Below, piece after piece: positions 29,199 to 38,294 of a stretch of 64,000 bases of DNA; positions within the stretch are counted from its first letter, which is position 1; each line of letters begins with the position of its first letter. The DNA lies in the IMG/VR virus record IMGVR_UViG_3300035670_000034, positions 64,001 to 128,000 of that record. The stretch is one strand, 5' to 3'. This DNA is from a virus. The position numbers and the translations under genes were made by a program. The notes under the pieces are model-generated. The model ran no database searches, was not told where the DNA came from, and saw only the letters and a program-made list of their open reading frames with translations.

Positions 29199-30125
29199 TT
29201 ATGCGCCCGCCATTGCCGACAGCCCCGCCCGCGACCGGCGAAGAAGGTGTGGCGCTGCGAAAGCCGTGATAGTCGCCAAGTGAAGTGGCACTATGTCCTC
29301 GTAACTGCCATAACCGCCAGCCATGACGATAACCGTACGGGCCCCGAGATTGAGGATGCGCTCTGCGACCATTGCTTCACGGCGCTCAACGACATCTGGC
29401 TCAATGAATGGGAATACATCCACACCAGCGTTGTAGAACACAATTGCGGGACCGATGGACGCAAGCCTGTTAAGCGCATCGCCAACACCGAGTAGGTATC
29501 TGTCTGGGTCGTCACACAGAATGGCCTGGCTGTTGTAGTTGCTTTCGTAGCCGTCAAAGTCAGAGGTGGAAAGGTCTACCTGTTTGATTTCTGTACCACC
29601 GATGTAGTCGTTGGTCCCGCCGCCGAAGTGGGCGTCAAGGTCAAGAATGGCGACTTGCTGCCCTGTAAGTTTCGCAGCGTACATAGCACCAATCGCTAGC
29701 GAGTTCACCGTACAGTAGCCACGACCCACATTCCGACGGGCGTGGTGAAGCCCACTAGAAAGTGAGCATGAATGGTCATAGCCAGCAAGAACATCATCCA
29801 CAGCGCACAATACGCCTGCGGTTGAGTTCAGGACTGAGTGATACACGCCGTTATCCCAACTGAATGAGTTGCTCTCCGCCAACGCGCGGGGCCGTCCAGT
29901 CATCACTGCTTGTAAGTACTCAGCATCAACGCCGTCAGCAATAGATGACTGCGCCTTTGCCAGCGCACTAGGAATACTTGCTGGGTCTTTGACCCTCACC
30001 CACTCGGACAAGCCAACTTCTGGCATTTGTAGCGAGCGAGCAATGTATCGGGATTTCTGGAATGTCTCAAACTGAGTGTCCGTCCCGCAATAATCTTCGT
30101 TCCAATAAACATTCATGTTAGTCAT
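29199..30125 (-). CDS. Histone deacetylase-superfamily (Zn-dependent) deacetylase
   Basis: GLHHA...GYCTVNSLAI...AILDLDAHFGGG...FYNAGVD...GGYG; upstream TTGGCT-17-TATCAT. Confidence 0.92.
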   Translation of the reverse strand: MTNMNVYWNEDYCGTDTQFETFQKSRYIARSLQMPEVGLSEWVRVKDPASIPSALAKAQSSIADGVDAEYLQAVMTGRPRALAESNSFSWDNGVYHSVLNSTAGVLCAVDDVLAGYDHSCSLSSGLHHARRNVGRGYCTVNSLAIGAMYAAKLTGQQVAILDLDAHFGGGTNDYIGGTEIKQVDLSTSDFDGYESNYNSQAILCDDPDRYLLGVGDALNRLASIGPAIVFYNAGVDVFPFIEPDVVERREAMVAERILNLGARTVIVMAGGYGSYEDIVPLHLATITAFAAPHLLRRSRAGLSAMAGA

Positions 30126-30164
30126 AGTGATAACAATGATACGGCGCAAGAGGGGTAAAGCCAA

Positions 30165-30207
30165 CCCCCACCAACGCCTCGGGGGGACATTTGGGCGTTG
30201 ATGGGGG
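30165..30207 (-). terminator. GC-rich hairpin
   Basis: CCCCA-CCAACGCC...GGCGTTG-A-TGGGG between the 32-aa ORF and the HDAC promoter. Confidence 0.45.
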
Positions 30208-30220
30208 TGACTTTGTTGCC

Positions 30221-30319
30221 TTACTGCTTTCTAAAGCGAGTAAGAAGCACCGTGACTAGCACGGTTGCCACAATAAGCGAATACGAGACATACTCGCTAA
30301 TGCGAATGGTCAAGTCCAC
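30221..30319 (-). CDS. 32-aa membrane peptide
   Basis: Motif-A promoter, leader with SD AAAGGGGG, GTG start, hydrophobic core. Confidence 0.6.
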   Translation of the reverse strand: MDLTIRISEYVSYSLIVATVLVTVLLTRFRKQ

Positions 30320-30441
30320 TTTGTTCCCCCTTTCTTAGTAGGTACGCTATCACCTTACAGGCAATAATGAGATACCGCAACTAGTTCCTTACGACCAGCC
30401 ACAAGAAGTAAAAGAATATAAAGGCACCGAAGCCCACAATC

Positions 30442-30627
30442 TCATGCGTCAGCATTGCCGAGGGCCCCGTCTATGCGGGGTATCCACTGTCCGCCAACAC
30501 GATAGAAGCCCATCAGTTCGGCGTAATCAGTATCATCATGAAACACGACTTCACGGCAATAGTCGCATATCTCAGACTGAGAATATATGCGCTCAACGGG
30601 GCAGGTACAGGTATTTTTGTCTGTCAT
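30442..30627 (-). CDS. Small Cys-containing hypothetical protein
   Basis: CTCP...CDYC. Confidence 0.65.
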   Translation of the reverse strand: MTDKNTCTCPVERIYSQSEICDYCREVVFHDDTDYAELMGFYRVGGQWIPRIDGALGNADA

Positions 30628-30637
30628 ATCGCCCCGC

Positions 30638-30970
30638 TCAGCAACTTTCCCAGACTTCGCCGTTGCGCAGTTCTAGGCGACAGTCGTTACTTGTTGGTAA
30701 CCAGATTTGCCAACCAGCCTGAATGGTGGTCCCGTAGGTGTTCACCAGATTATCTGTGACTGCCTGAATGTTGCCGTCGCACTTGGCTTGGGCAATAGCC
30801 CAGAGTGTGTCACCATACTGAACCGTGTGTGGCTCAGGGTCGCAAGTGAACCTATCGGCGTTGGCTGATGCCAACCCGATTACGCCCACAAGCCCGACGC
30901 AGGCAGCAACCCACGCCAAGGCGTGACGAACCTGCCTAGTCCGATAGTTGTGAATGTTGAGTTGTTTCAT
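30638..30970 (-). CDS. Membrane-anchored LysM-domain protein
   Basis: TM segment then HTVQYGDTLWAIA...N...IQAGWQIWLP; motif-A leaderless start. Confidence 0.88.
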   Translation of the reverse strand: MKQLNIHNYRTRQVRHALAWVAACVGLVGVIGLASANADRFTCDPEPHTVQYGDTLWAIAQAKCDGNIQAVTDNLVNTYGTTIQAGWQIWLPTSNDCRLELRNGEVWESC

Positions 30971-31039
30971 ACTCCCACCTTACAGGCAATAATGAGATAC
31001 GCCGACCTCACCATTTGGTGGGTCGGCGCACCTCAGCCA

Positions 31040-31210
31040 CTAGCAAGCGAGGTCGGGGTCACCCTCGCAAGGCAAGCCCTTGGCAACGCTGTTACTGTCG
31101 CAGGCACACATGACGCAAGTAGGACCGTCATTTTCTGGCAAGATATGCCAGAGGTGACTGTCGTGTATGTCGTTGTGTAGCCCAACCATGTGGTTAGTGT
31201 CGTTGTTCAT
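31040..31210 (-). CDS. 56-aa Cys/His-rich microprotein
   Basis: Motif-A leaderless ATG; CVMCAC; below ORF-track cutoff. Confidence 0.7.
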   Translation of the reverse strand: MNNDTNHMVGLHNDIHDSHLWHILPENDGPTCVMCACDSNSVAKGLPCEGDPDLAC

Positions 31211-31371
31211 GCGACCACCTTACAGGCAATAATGCCATAAACCTACCTACACGGGCGACCGCCCCGATGCCTCGCCCAACGAACCCAAGCAAACATAACT
31301 AACGCGGGGCCCCCAGGGGAAAGCGCTTTTTCTATACCTTACGGTGGCGGAAAGGCTTTGTGAACGCCCCG

Positions 31372-31557
31372 CTATTCGGTCAACTCGTCGTTGAGTTCCG
31401 CCGTCACGAGTGCCATGTGGCAGAAAAAGTACAGGAGTAGTGTACCGAACATCCACATGCCCAGCAGTGGTGGTGATGGCATGATTATCGCCCCCACCAA
31501 CATCAGCAACAGGTGTGCTGTTACCAGCATCGCTAATAGTTTTGAGTATCTATCCAT
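31372..31557 (-). CDS. Small two-TM membrane protein
   Basis: Motif-A start; hydrophobic. Confidence 0.8.
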   Translation of the reverse strand: MDRYSKLLAMLVTAHLLLMLVGAIIMPSPPLLGMWMFGTLLLYFFCHMALVTAELNDELTE

Positions 31558-31589
31558 GCTCTTACCTTACAGGCAATAATAGTATTGCG

Positions 31590-31868
31590 CTACAGCCAGA
31601 ACCATGCGGTTTCTCGTGCGGTGCCGAAGGCCCCGTCGGTTTGCTCGCCAAGCCATTTATGCGCTTTGTCTTTGCACGAACTCCCCCTGAATACTTCCAC
31701 GGTTTGCGTGTTCGTCTGCAAGTTTGTAAGGGTTAGGCGACGAACCATGTCGGGGTACAGGGTTCCGTTCTGACGCAAGTCGCCACGCTCAATCTTTACA
31801 CTCCAATGTTCGGCTCGGGGCTCCGCCGCAAGTGCCAAGTTCACTATCTCGACTTTGTTGATGCTCAC
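31590..31868 (-). CDS. Hypothetical protein
   Basis: GTGA overlap with upstream ORF. Confidence 0.65.
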   Translation of the reverse strand: MSINKVEIVNLALAAEPRAEHWSVKIERGDLRQNGTLYPDMVRRLTLTNLQTNTQTVEVFRGSSCKDKAHKWLGEQTDGAFGTARETAWFWL

Positions 31869-32041
31869 TTGTCCAGCACCCACTCGATTACTTCGGCTTG
31901 TTCGTCAGTGACATCGTCGGTGAGTGGGGCAGAGAAGTAGTCCTCCAACTGGCCAGTAGCCCACTCGTAGAACTGCTCCATTACCTGCTCAGCCTCTTCA
32001 GGGTTGAGCCCTTCCAGATTTACCTTTGGCATTTTGTTCAT
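31865..32041 (-). CDS. 58-aa acidic microprotein
   Basis: Motif-A leaderless ATG; below ORF-track cutoff. Confidence 0.75.
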   Translation of the reverse strand: MNKMPKVNLEGLNPEEAEQVMEQFYEWATGQLEDYFSAPLTDDVTDEQAEVIEWVLDK

Positions 32042-32050
32042 ACCTCAACC

Positions 32051-32293
32051 TTACAGGCAATAATCGTCTTGTGCAACCAAGTCACTTATAGTGACGATGC
32101 GACCACGCCACAGCGACTTCCACGGCGACCGCCCCGCTGACCGGAGGCCCTGGGCGTGTTCCCAACGACATTGTTCTTCCCAATAGCAGTCGTATTCCTC
32201 TTCAGACATTGCCTCCAAGTCGGCGTCAGTTGGGTCGTAGTAGCGGGGCCAGCGCTGCCACTTGTAAACGGGTTCAAGCAACTTCATCGTCAA
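32051..32293 (-). CDS. Hypothetical protein
   Basis: 80-aa ORF. Confidence 0.55.
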   Translation of the reverse strand: MTMKLLEPVYKWQRWPRYYDPTDADLEAMSEEEYDCYWEEQCRWEHAQGLRSAGRSPWKSLWRGRIVTISDLVAQDDYCL

Positions 32294-32395
32294 TAAGCCT
32301 TTTGACTAGATAGCCAATCGCTGCACAAGACACCACGAGTATTGCGATGAACAGGTCCCATTCGCCCCAATGGGACCTCCAGTGCCCCGCCAGCA

Positions 32396-32935
32396 TTACT
32401 GGGAGACGAACTTCTGGAAGTCAGAGATGACGTCTGCTATTGCGCCCTGAACATCATCCCCACTTTCGGTAATCTCCTCGCCAAACAACGGCAGTCCGTT
32501 GTCGCCATACTTGTAAGAGATTACGGTGTTGGTGCGCCGCCCCGAGATGTCAAACACCATTACCGAGAGAACTTCACCAACTGAAGGGTCTACTTCTTGC
32601 GTAAACGCCCTCTGTAAGTCGCCACGCCGAATCTCCTCATTTGGATTTTTGTTTTCCTTGATGTATGCCTCAACAATAATTCCCACCATTCGGGGCACCC
32701 CATGTTCCATAAACGCTTGCTGAAGTTCATGGTGTAGTACGTCTGGGGCTGGGACTTCTTCACTTGGTGGAGTCATGGCGATAATGGTTATTGCGTCGTC
32801 AGTCTGCCAGATTAGGAATGGCGGTGCGTCCGCTGGCCCCGAGGAATCAGAACACATAATCAACTTGGCTCCCTTGGCGAAGGTTACGGCTGATTCGGCA
32901 AAACGCTTGAATTTCCGAGAGTTGCCTTTAGCCAT
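32396..32935 (-). CDS. Hypothetical protein
   Basis: Start MAKGNS overlapping upstream stop. Confidence 0.75.
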   Translation of the reverse strand: MAKGNSRKFKRFAESAVTFAKGAKLIMCSDSSGPADAPPFLIWQTDDAITIIAMTPPSEEVPAPDVLHHELQQAFMEHGVPRMVGIIVEAYIKENKNPNEEIRRGDLQRAFTQEVDPSVGEVLSVMVFDISGRRTNTVISYKYGDNGLPLFGEEITESGDDVQGAIADVISDFQKFVSQ

Positions 32936-33143
32936 TCTGCTGCGCCTTTGAGTAGCGATAGTTCTCATACAAGTCGTGAGCGTGGGCAAAGATGATTTCT
33001 TCGTACTTGTCGCTCTCATACACTTCTTCAGTATGGGGCAAGCGGGCGCTATCAACTAGTTCGTGAAGCGCCTTTTCGTACCAATACTCCACGACTTCGT
33101 CAGGTTGGTCGCACAGGGCGAACGTAATGGGGTTGTCATTCAT
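32928..33143 (-). CDS. Acidic hypothetical protein
   Basis: Motif-A start. Confidence 0.8.
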   Translation of the reverse strand: MNDNPITFALCDQPDEVVEYWYEKALHELVDSARLPHTEEVYESDKYEEIIFAHAHDLYENYRYSKAQQNG

Positions 33144-33221
33144 AATCTGACCTTACAGGCAATAACTCATTATTCCAACTGTCCGGTTTATGCGGGGCCC
33201 GTCGTCGGGCCGTGTTGGCGC

Positions 33222-33500
33222 TCACACCGCCCTCAGTCGCTCGACGTACTCGCACTGGTCGTTTATGGGCGCATCAGTAAAGTCCTGAGCAGTCAGTTCT
33301 CGGTCTATGCGGCCAGTCAGGCAAGACAGGCACAGCATTCCCTCGCCAGCCCCGTGCTTGTCCCACAGTTCGTCGTGAACCATGTAATACTCGCCGTACT
33401 CGGCGGTGTGGATACCGCAGTCGTGGCAGTCAAACGCCCCACTCCAATAGAAGTCATCATGCTCATCTAGGTAGGCATCTAGGTCAGCGTCGGTCATCAT
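33222..33500 (-). CDS. Zn-binding hypothetical protein
   Basis: CHDCG...YMVHDELW...LCLSCL..R; TGATG overlap. Confidence 0.75.
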   Translation of the reverse strand: MMTDADLDAYLDEHDDFYWSGAFDCHDCGIHTAEYGEYYMVHDELWDKHGAGEGMLCLSCLTGRIDRELTAQDFTDAPINDQCEYVERLRAV

Positions 33501-33637
33501 CACCCCTCTCCCTCGTGGAAAGGATACCAACCCCAACCGCCGTCGTTGCAGCAGTCGCATTCGTTGTCTGCGATTTCCCGATAGCAGGAGTCGCAGTATC
33601 CAGGGTTGTATGGGTTGTTGCTCGGTGTGTTCTCCAT
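33500..33637 (-). CDS. 45-aa Cys4 microprotein (paralogue 1)
   Basis: MENTPSNNPYNPGYCDSCYREIADNECDCCNDGGWGWYPFHEGEG; motif-A start. Confidence 0.8.
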   Translation of the reverse strand: MENTPSNNPYNPGYCDSCYREIADNECDCCNDGGWGWYPFHEGEG

Positions 33638-33690
33638 GCCTACACCTTACAGGCAATAATGGTATAGTCCTACCGCACAACCGCACAAGG

Positions 33691-33721
33691 TTATCCACAG
33701 GCTGTACACAGGTTATCCACA
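33691..33721 (+). promoter_or_regulatory. DnaA-box cluster
   Basis: TTATCCACA at 33691 and 33713 with degenerate CTGTACACA between. Confidence 0.65.
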
Positions 33722-33869
33722 GGCGCACCCCAGCCGCCGCCATGCGGCAGCCCCGTGGTCACGCCACGTGCGGAAACCAATAAATACAAAAAGCGGGACA
33801 ACCCCCAAAAAATGTGTTTCTCTATGTCTTACGGTGGCGGAAAGGCCTTGGGGCTAGGCCCCGTTTCGT

Positions 33870-34115
33870 CTATGAGACATAGAACCTGACGGCCTCTTTG
33901 GTGGTCAGCAGGTCTCGGTCGTAGCGGTGGTCATACCAAGCCCCGGAGAAGCGATAGAGAACGCTCGTCAGGGCCTTGTAGAGGATTTCTTCTTTCTCCT
34001 CTGGCCACTGCGTATCGTCTGCCTCGGCCCCGGCCGCCTCAAGGGTGGCCATAGCCTCGGTCAGTAGGAACTTCAGTTGTTCTACTCGTTCGGTCAGTTT
34101 CTGTGTCTCTTCCAT
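33870..34115 (-). CDS. Hypothetical protein
   Basis: Motif-A start (TAAGAT variant). Confidence 0.8.
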   Translation of the reverse strand: MEETQKLTERVEQLKFLLTEAMATLEAAGAEADDTQWPEEKEEILYKALTSVLYRFSGAWYDHRYDRDLLTTKEAVRFYVS

Positions 34116-34188
34116 ACTGTCATCTTACAGGCAATAATGATGTACCACAACTGTAGCCTTATCCCATTATTGCCTGTAAGGTCTTGGT

Positions 34189-34326
34189 ATGACACCGACC
34201 AACAATCCATACAACAGCGAGTATTGCGATGCCTGCGACACCTACCTCAAGGGTGACGAGTGCGCCTGCCACAATGACGGTGGCTGGGGCTGGTATCCAT
34301 TCCACAACGAAGAAACCGAGGACTAA
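34189..34326 (+). CDS. 45-aa Cys4 microprotein (paralogue 2)
   Basis: MTPTNNPYNSEYCDACDTYLKGDECACHNDGGWGWYPFHNEETED; plus-strand motif-A start. Confidence 0.8.
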   Translation: MTPTNNPYNSEYCDACDTYLKGDECACHNDGGWGWYPFHNEETED

Positions 34327-34471
34327 GTTCCGGACAGGGGCTTGGTGAGCAGTAGTGAAAGCCCGAGGCATTGGGTGAAAGCCGACTGTCGCCTAGATGC
34401 TCATCAGGCTGGGGGGTTGGGGCCGCATCATTGGATGCGACAACCTCAACCCCCACCTGCGGGACGTATCG

Positions 34472-34672
34472 CTAGAACAGTTTCTCTTGCTGTTCTCTAG
34501 TTTCTTTGGTGAAACAGAAGTCGTGGCGATAACGGTAATGCTCTTGCTCTACTGAGAACATGGTCTTGCCTTGTCTTATCCAGCAAGTGGCGAGCCGCAC
34601 GGTCGTCCCGCCCTTTGGGTCAATCTCGTACCCACACAGTTCACAAGTGTAAAGGGGTGGCACACCTACCAC
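34472..34672 (-). CDS. Small Zn-finger-like protein
   Basis: CELCG...C...HDFC. Confidence 0.65.
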   Translation of the reverse strand: MVGVPPLYTCELCGYEIDPKGGTTVRLATCWIRQGKTMFSVEQEHYRYRHDFCFTKETREQQEKLF

Positions 34673-34893
34673 AGCAACTCAACTTTCTCCATTGTCTCAT
34701 CTGCGACTTCATCTTGATAAAACGGGTCAAACTCGCTTCCTCGTATTGAGTCGGCAACATCGGGGCGTCGCTCAGCGAGCATGTTGAAGAATACTTGACC
34801 TGCTCGCATCGCCTTGTTGGGCGAAGTGCTTCTCAGGTGATGCTCAAAGTTGATGGCGAAGTCCAACAGGAACTGATTGAAGGAATCACTCAT
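34666..34893 (-). CDS. Hypothetical protein
   Basis: RAGQVFFNML...FDPFY. Confidence 0.7.
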   Translation of the reverse strand: MSDSFNQFLLDFAINFEHHLRSTSPNKAMRAGQVFFNMLAERRPDVADSIRGSEFDPFYQDEVADETMEKVELLW

Positions 34894-35206
34894 TGAGGGC
34901 GTCTAAACGATGAAGAATGTGGGGTGTGCGCTCCCCCACCCAAGCACCTTGACAGTTGAACTCAATGTATTCAACCGCCTCGTCGTAGGACAGACCGTCC
35001 CGCGTCATCAACACGCTCACCATCTTGTCAAAGTCATAAACTGCCGTTTCTGGCTCGTTTATTCGTGTGGTGTAGCCGAGAAACGCGTCATCAAACCCAT
35101 CCATCAGAAGAAGGTTCATGTCAGCGTCTTTCAGCGCCCTGTCAATCGCGGGACGGGTCGGCACTATTTCAGAACTTCTGCTGGCTTTACCGACAGCGTT
35201 TCGCAC
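34886..35206 (-). CDS. Conserved phage hypothetical protein
   Basis: DGFDDAFLG...AVYDFDKMV...EAVEYIEFN..GAWVGERTP. Confidence 0.75.
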   Translation of the reverse strand: MRNAVGKASRSSEIVPTRPAIDRALKDADMNLLLMDGFDDAFLGYTTRINEPETAVYDFDKMVSVLMTRDGLSYDEAVEYIEFNCQGAWVGERTPHILHRLDALNE

Positions 35207-35385
35207 AGACGAAACAGCGTGTTGAGGTTTGGCGAGAAGTGGTTGTTCTCAATGCGGTTCACAGTCTTGCGGTCAATGCCAGACTTGTCGGCAAGTGCGT
35301 TCTGCGACATGCCCCGCTCGATACGAAGGTCTTTGAGTTTCTCGGCAACTCGTCGTTCCTTCTTTATGATTTCTGATTTCTTCAT
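35164..35385 (-). CDS. XRE-family HTH transcriptional regulator
   Basis: LKDLRIERGMSQNALADKSGIDRKTVNRIENNHFSPNLNTLFRLCETL; own TTGCAA-17-TACTAT promoter. Confidence 0.92.
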   Translation of the reverse strand: MKKSEIIKKERRVAEKLKDLRIERGMSQNALADKSGIDRKTVNRIENNHFSPNLNTLFRLCETLSVKPAEVLK

Positions 35386-35534
35386 TTCTTCTCCTATGGG
35401 TGTGTGTATTGCTAGGTCAGTCATAGTACAGTCTCATTTCTTGCTTTGCAAGTCGTGTTATTGCTCCTTCATTATGAAGTAGTTTGCGACAACTACGAAC
35501 ACGCCATAAGTGACTAGGAATACCGCAACATAGT

Positions 35535-35672
35535 TCATACGCCGTTCCACTTCCACTTGCGACAAGCCTGCTTGTCAGCCTGCTTGCGCTTGTCGGTGTG
35601 GGTCTGCGCTCTGGTGCGTGAGCCGTCAGCGAAGGCTTGACGGTCTGTCTCGTTCCACTTGCGTCGTTTCAT
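35535..35672 (-). CDS. 45-aa basic microprotein
   Basis: Motif-A promoter, hairpin leader, SD GGGGGAA. Confidence 0.65.
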   Translation of the reverse strand: MKRRKWNETDRQAFADGSRTRAQTHTDKRKQADKQACRKWKWNGV

Positions 35673-35847
35673 AGAGTTCCCCCTGCCACCCCCCTATCAG
35701 GCAAGGGGGGTTGGCAGGATTAGTAGTTACGCCTGATACCTAAACCTTACAGGCAATAATGCGATAAGGCGACTTGGGCTGGGGTTGCCCCCGTGCTTGG
35801 GGCGACAGCCCCGAGGGGGCCGGCGACGGGGTTCGTGATAGGCTATT

Positions 35848-36123
35848 ATGACGATTATGAGTAATAACACCAATGACATGGATGATTTCCGGGACTGGCG
35901 CTTTGATGCGCCCAATCGCGAGCACATGCTTGAACGCAGAGTCAAGGAACTTGAAGACACTGTGTCTCGCTTGGAGAAGGAACTAAGCCGTATGAAGTCA
36001 AAAGACTTTGACGCCATTGCTTACAGAAATGAAAAGACAATTAGCGGGGCAGGCAACAAGACGATTGGTGCTTTGGCTGGCACCATTAGCATTCTTCCAG
36101 AATCACCGCACAAGGCTGACTAA
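35848..36123 (+). CDS. Coiled-coil hypothetical protein
   Basis: TATTAT 7 nt before ATG at 35857; LERRVKELEDTVSRLEKEL. Confidence 0.6.
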   Translation: MTIMSNNTNDMDDFRDWRFDAPNREHMLERRVKELEDTVSRLEKELSRMKSKDFDAIAYRNEKTISGAGNKTIGALAGTISILPESPHKAD

Positions 36124-36311
36124 TGGCCGAAGAGAAGCCACAGCAGCCCCGCGAGACTGTCGTGCGGGTTACTTCGGATGACAAGAAGAAGCAAGTGCCT
36201 CGCTTTGTCGAGCCCCGCCCACGCGGGTCGTCTTGCTGCCCAGGCCGATAAAAGCATAGAACGGGGCCGCGCTGTGGCGGTCTGGGGGTTTCCCCCCAGA
36301 CCCACGCTGCC

Positions 36312-36449
36312 CTATTGGGCGAGCGTGTCGGCTACCAGCCGCGCTACGTGAGCGCGTAGGCGTGCCGTCGCGTGCCAGCCGCGCTCTGCGACCGCCGCGT
36401 CAAGCGCGGCGAGCAGGGCGAGCGCGAGCGCTATGCGCTGCGACTTCAT
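36312..36449 (-). CDS. 45-aa Ala-rich microprotein
   Basis: SD AAGGGGGG, downstream of motif-A promoter. Confidence 0.5.
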   Translation of the reverse strand: MKSQRIALALALLAALDAAVAERGWHATARLRAHVARLVADTLAQ

Positions 36450-36757
36450 GTCCCCCCTTGTCCCCCCCACCCCCCACCGCGTCGGGCGCTGCGGCGGGGG
36501 CGGGGGCTTGGTTGGTGATGCCCGACACCAACATCTTACAGGCAATAATGGTGTACCACAACTAGCCCCATTCGTGCGCGGGCGCACAAGCGCGGGCGCA
36601 CACACGCGCACGCGGGGCCGCAGGCGCGTACGCGCATACGTGCGCGCGAACGCGGGACAAAGGGCAAAAAGTGTGTTTCTCTATGCCTCACGGTGGTGGA
36701 AAGCACCACGCGCCAGCCCCGTGCGAGCCGGCCTTGCCGTATGTGAGATTGCTAACT

Positions 36758-36949
36758 TTATGTAGGTATCTCGTCTGCGTATTCCAGCGCAATGTCCAAC
36801 TCATCACGATTGGTGACGGCCCCGTTCACGACGGCCCAAGCGAGTTGCTGTGCTTCTTGTTCGCTTCTCGCATACACAGTTGTCGTCAGACTGAAACAGA
36901 CATGGAATGGCGCTCGAGCGGGGCCCCCCGCCGTGGGGTCACCGCTCAT
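36758..36949 (-). CDS. Hypothetical protein
   Basis: ATGA overlap. Confidence 0.6.
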   Translation of the reverse strand: MSGDPTAGGPARAPFHVCFSLTTTVYARSEQEAQQLAWAVVNGAVTNRDELDIALEYADEIPT

Positions 36950-37197
36950 TTCGGCTGCCACCCTTGCGGAGTGCGGATGTGATGTAGTCGGCCTGCCCTG
37001 ATGATGTCGTTGGTGATGCTGAGTAGTGCGCCCACCCACTCAACTTCGGTAAGGCCTTGCTCTGCAATGTAGTCATCCTGACGGCCTGCAGCGAAGTCTC
37101 CCCACAGGGCAGCGATGGCATCCTTGCCGACTGCGCCTATGCCGAGATAGTCGTCGGCCAGAACTGAGATGAGTGAGTTGTCGTGTGTCGTGGTCAT
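36946..37197 (-). CDS. Hypothetical protein
   Basis: Motif-A start. Confidence 0.8.
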   Translation of the reverse strand: MTTTHDNSLISVLADDYLGIGAVGKDAIAALWGDFAAGRQDDYIAEQGLTEVEWVGALLSITNDIIRAGRLHHIRTPQGWQPK

Positions 37198-37233
37198 ACC
37201 CTTACCTTACAGGCAATAATGGATTAGTGCTAC

Positions 37234-37398
37234 TCAGGGCCGCTGGGGTGCGGCCGCCCCGCTGCGCGGGTGCTTAGCGCACCACCAGCACACTATGTTG
37301 TCGTGGTGGTCACTCCATGTTGGCAAGTAGTTGTCGTGCGCCACGGTCATTGCGTCGCCACAGTCAGGGCAGGGCTTACCCTCGTCGGAGTGCGTCAC
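37234..37398 (-). CDS. Zn-ribbon microprotein
   Basis: CPDCGD...CWWC; GTGA overlap. Confidence 0.65.
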   Translation of the reverse strand: MTHSDEGKPCPDCGDAMTVAHDNYLPTWSDHHDNIVCWWCAKHPRSGAAAPQRP

Positions 37399-37715
37399 TT
37401 GGCTAACTCTCGCCAAAGACGGAACTCAAAGAGTCCTGCGATGGGGTTCGGGTATCCGACTATCTCATTGACCCAGCGTTCAGCGTCGGAGTGCTGAGTC
37501 TCACAGTTGCGGAATGACTTGCCATAAGTGCCAATAAGGGTGCGGTCACGCTTACCTCGCTGGATGTTGATGTGTATCTCGTCAGTCTCAGGGCTATGGA
37601 GAACTGCGAGTATCCATGTTGCCGAGTAACCGCCCCATAGGTCAGTTGTCTCAAACTCCACCGAGTAGGTGGCGATGTCTAGGGGTTCAAGTTGGTGTTC
37701 GGTGATTACTTCCAT
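37395..37715 (-). CDS. Hypothetical protein
   Basis: Motif-A spacing places the start at the second ATG (37715). Confidence 0.8.
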   Translation of the reverse strand: MEVITEHQLEPLDIATYSVEFETTDLWGGYSATWILAVLHSPETDEIHINIQRGKRDRTLIGTYGKSFRNCETQHSDAERWVNEIVGYPNPIAGLFEFRLWRELAK

Positions 37716-37741
37716 GCTCATACCTTACAGGCAATAATGCC

Positions 37742-37903
37742 CTAAGCCAACTCTCCGCAGTGTCGGCATACAAACTGACTGTCGTTCTCCACACAGCCGT
37801 ACCAGCCGTCATAGCGTGAGTCAGTCTGGGCATGGTCATCGCAACAGTAGGTGGCGATGTCTACGGTGTCTCCGTTGGTGTCGGTGATAATGACTATGTT
37901 CAT
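37742..37903 (-). CDS. 53-aa Cys-rich microprotein
   Basis: Motif-A start; YCCDDH...YDGWYGC...CRHCGELA. Confidence 0.75.
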   Translation of the reverse strand: MNIVIITDTNGDTVDIATYCCDDHAQTDSRYDGWYGCVENDSQFVCRHCGELA

Positions 37904-38087
37904 GCCCCTACCTTACAGGCAATAATGGGATAGGGCAACTGCCGTGTCGCACCGCCCGCCGCAGGTGGCGGCGGCCCCGCCCTCGGCTCGAACGTACAAA
38001 CAACAAACCCTGAAAACCGGGACTAGGCCAAAAAGTTGTTGTCTCTATCCTCTACGGTGGCGGAAAGGGCCAACGCGGGACCCCTCG

Positions 38088-38285
38088 TTAGATTTCCACA
38101 CACTCTTTCACGATTATTTCTAGGTTGTCTCTGCCCCATCTACCATCAGCGTCGTCGCCGTGCGCAAAGGTGTCACCCAAAGCGTCGCTCGCCAAGTCAA
38201 GGGCTATCATGCCACTCTCGTCGGGGGTCCCGTCCATTTCGTCTAGAAGTATGGTTACTTCCATGACCACTTTATGAAGTGCCAC
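38088..38285 (-). CDS. Acidic hypothetical protein
   Basis: 65-aa ORF. Confidence 0.65.
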   Translation of the reverse strand: MALHKVVMEVTILLDEMDGTPDESGMIALDLASDALGDTFAHGDDADGRWGRDNLEIIVKECVEI

Positions 38286-38294
38286 AACTCAACC

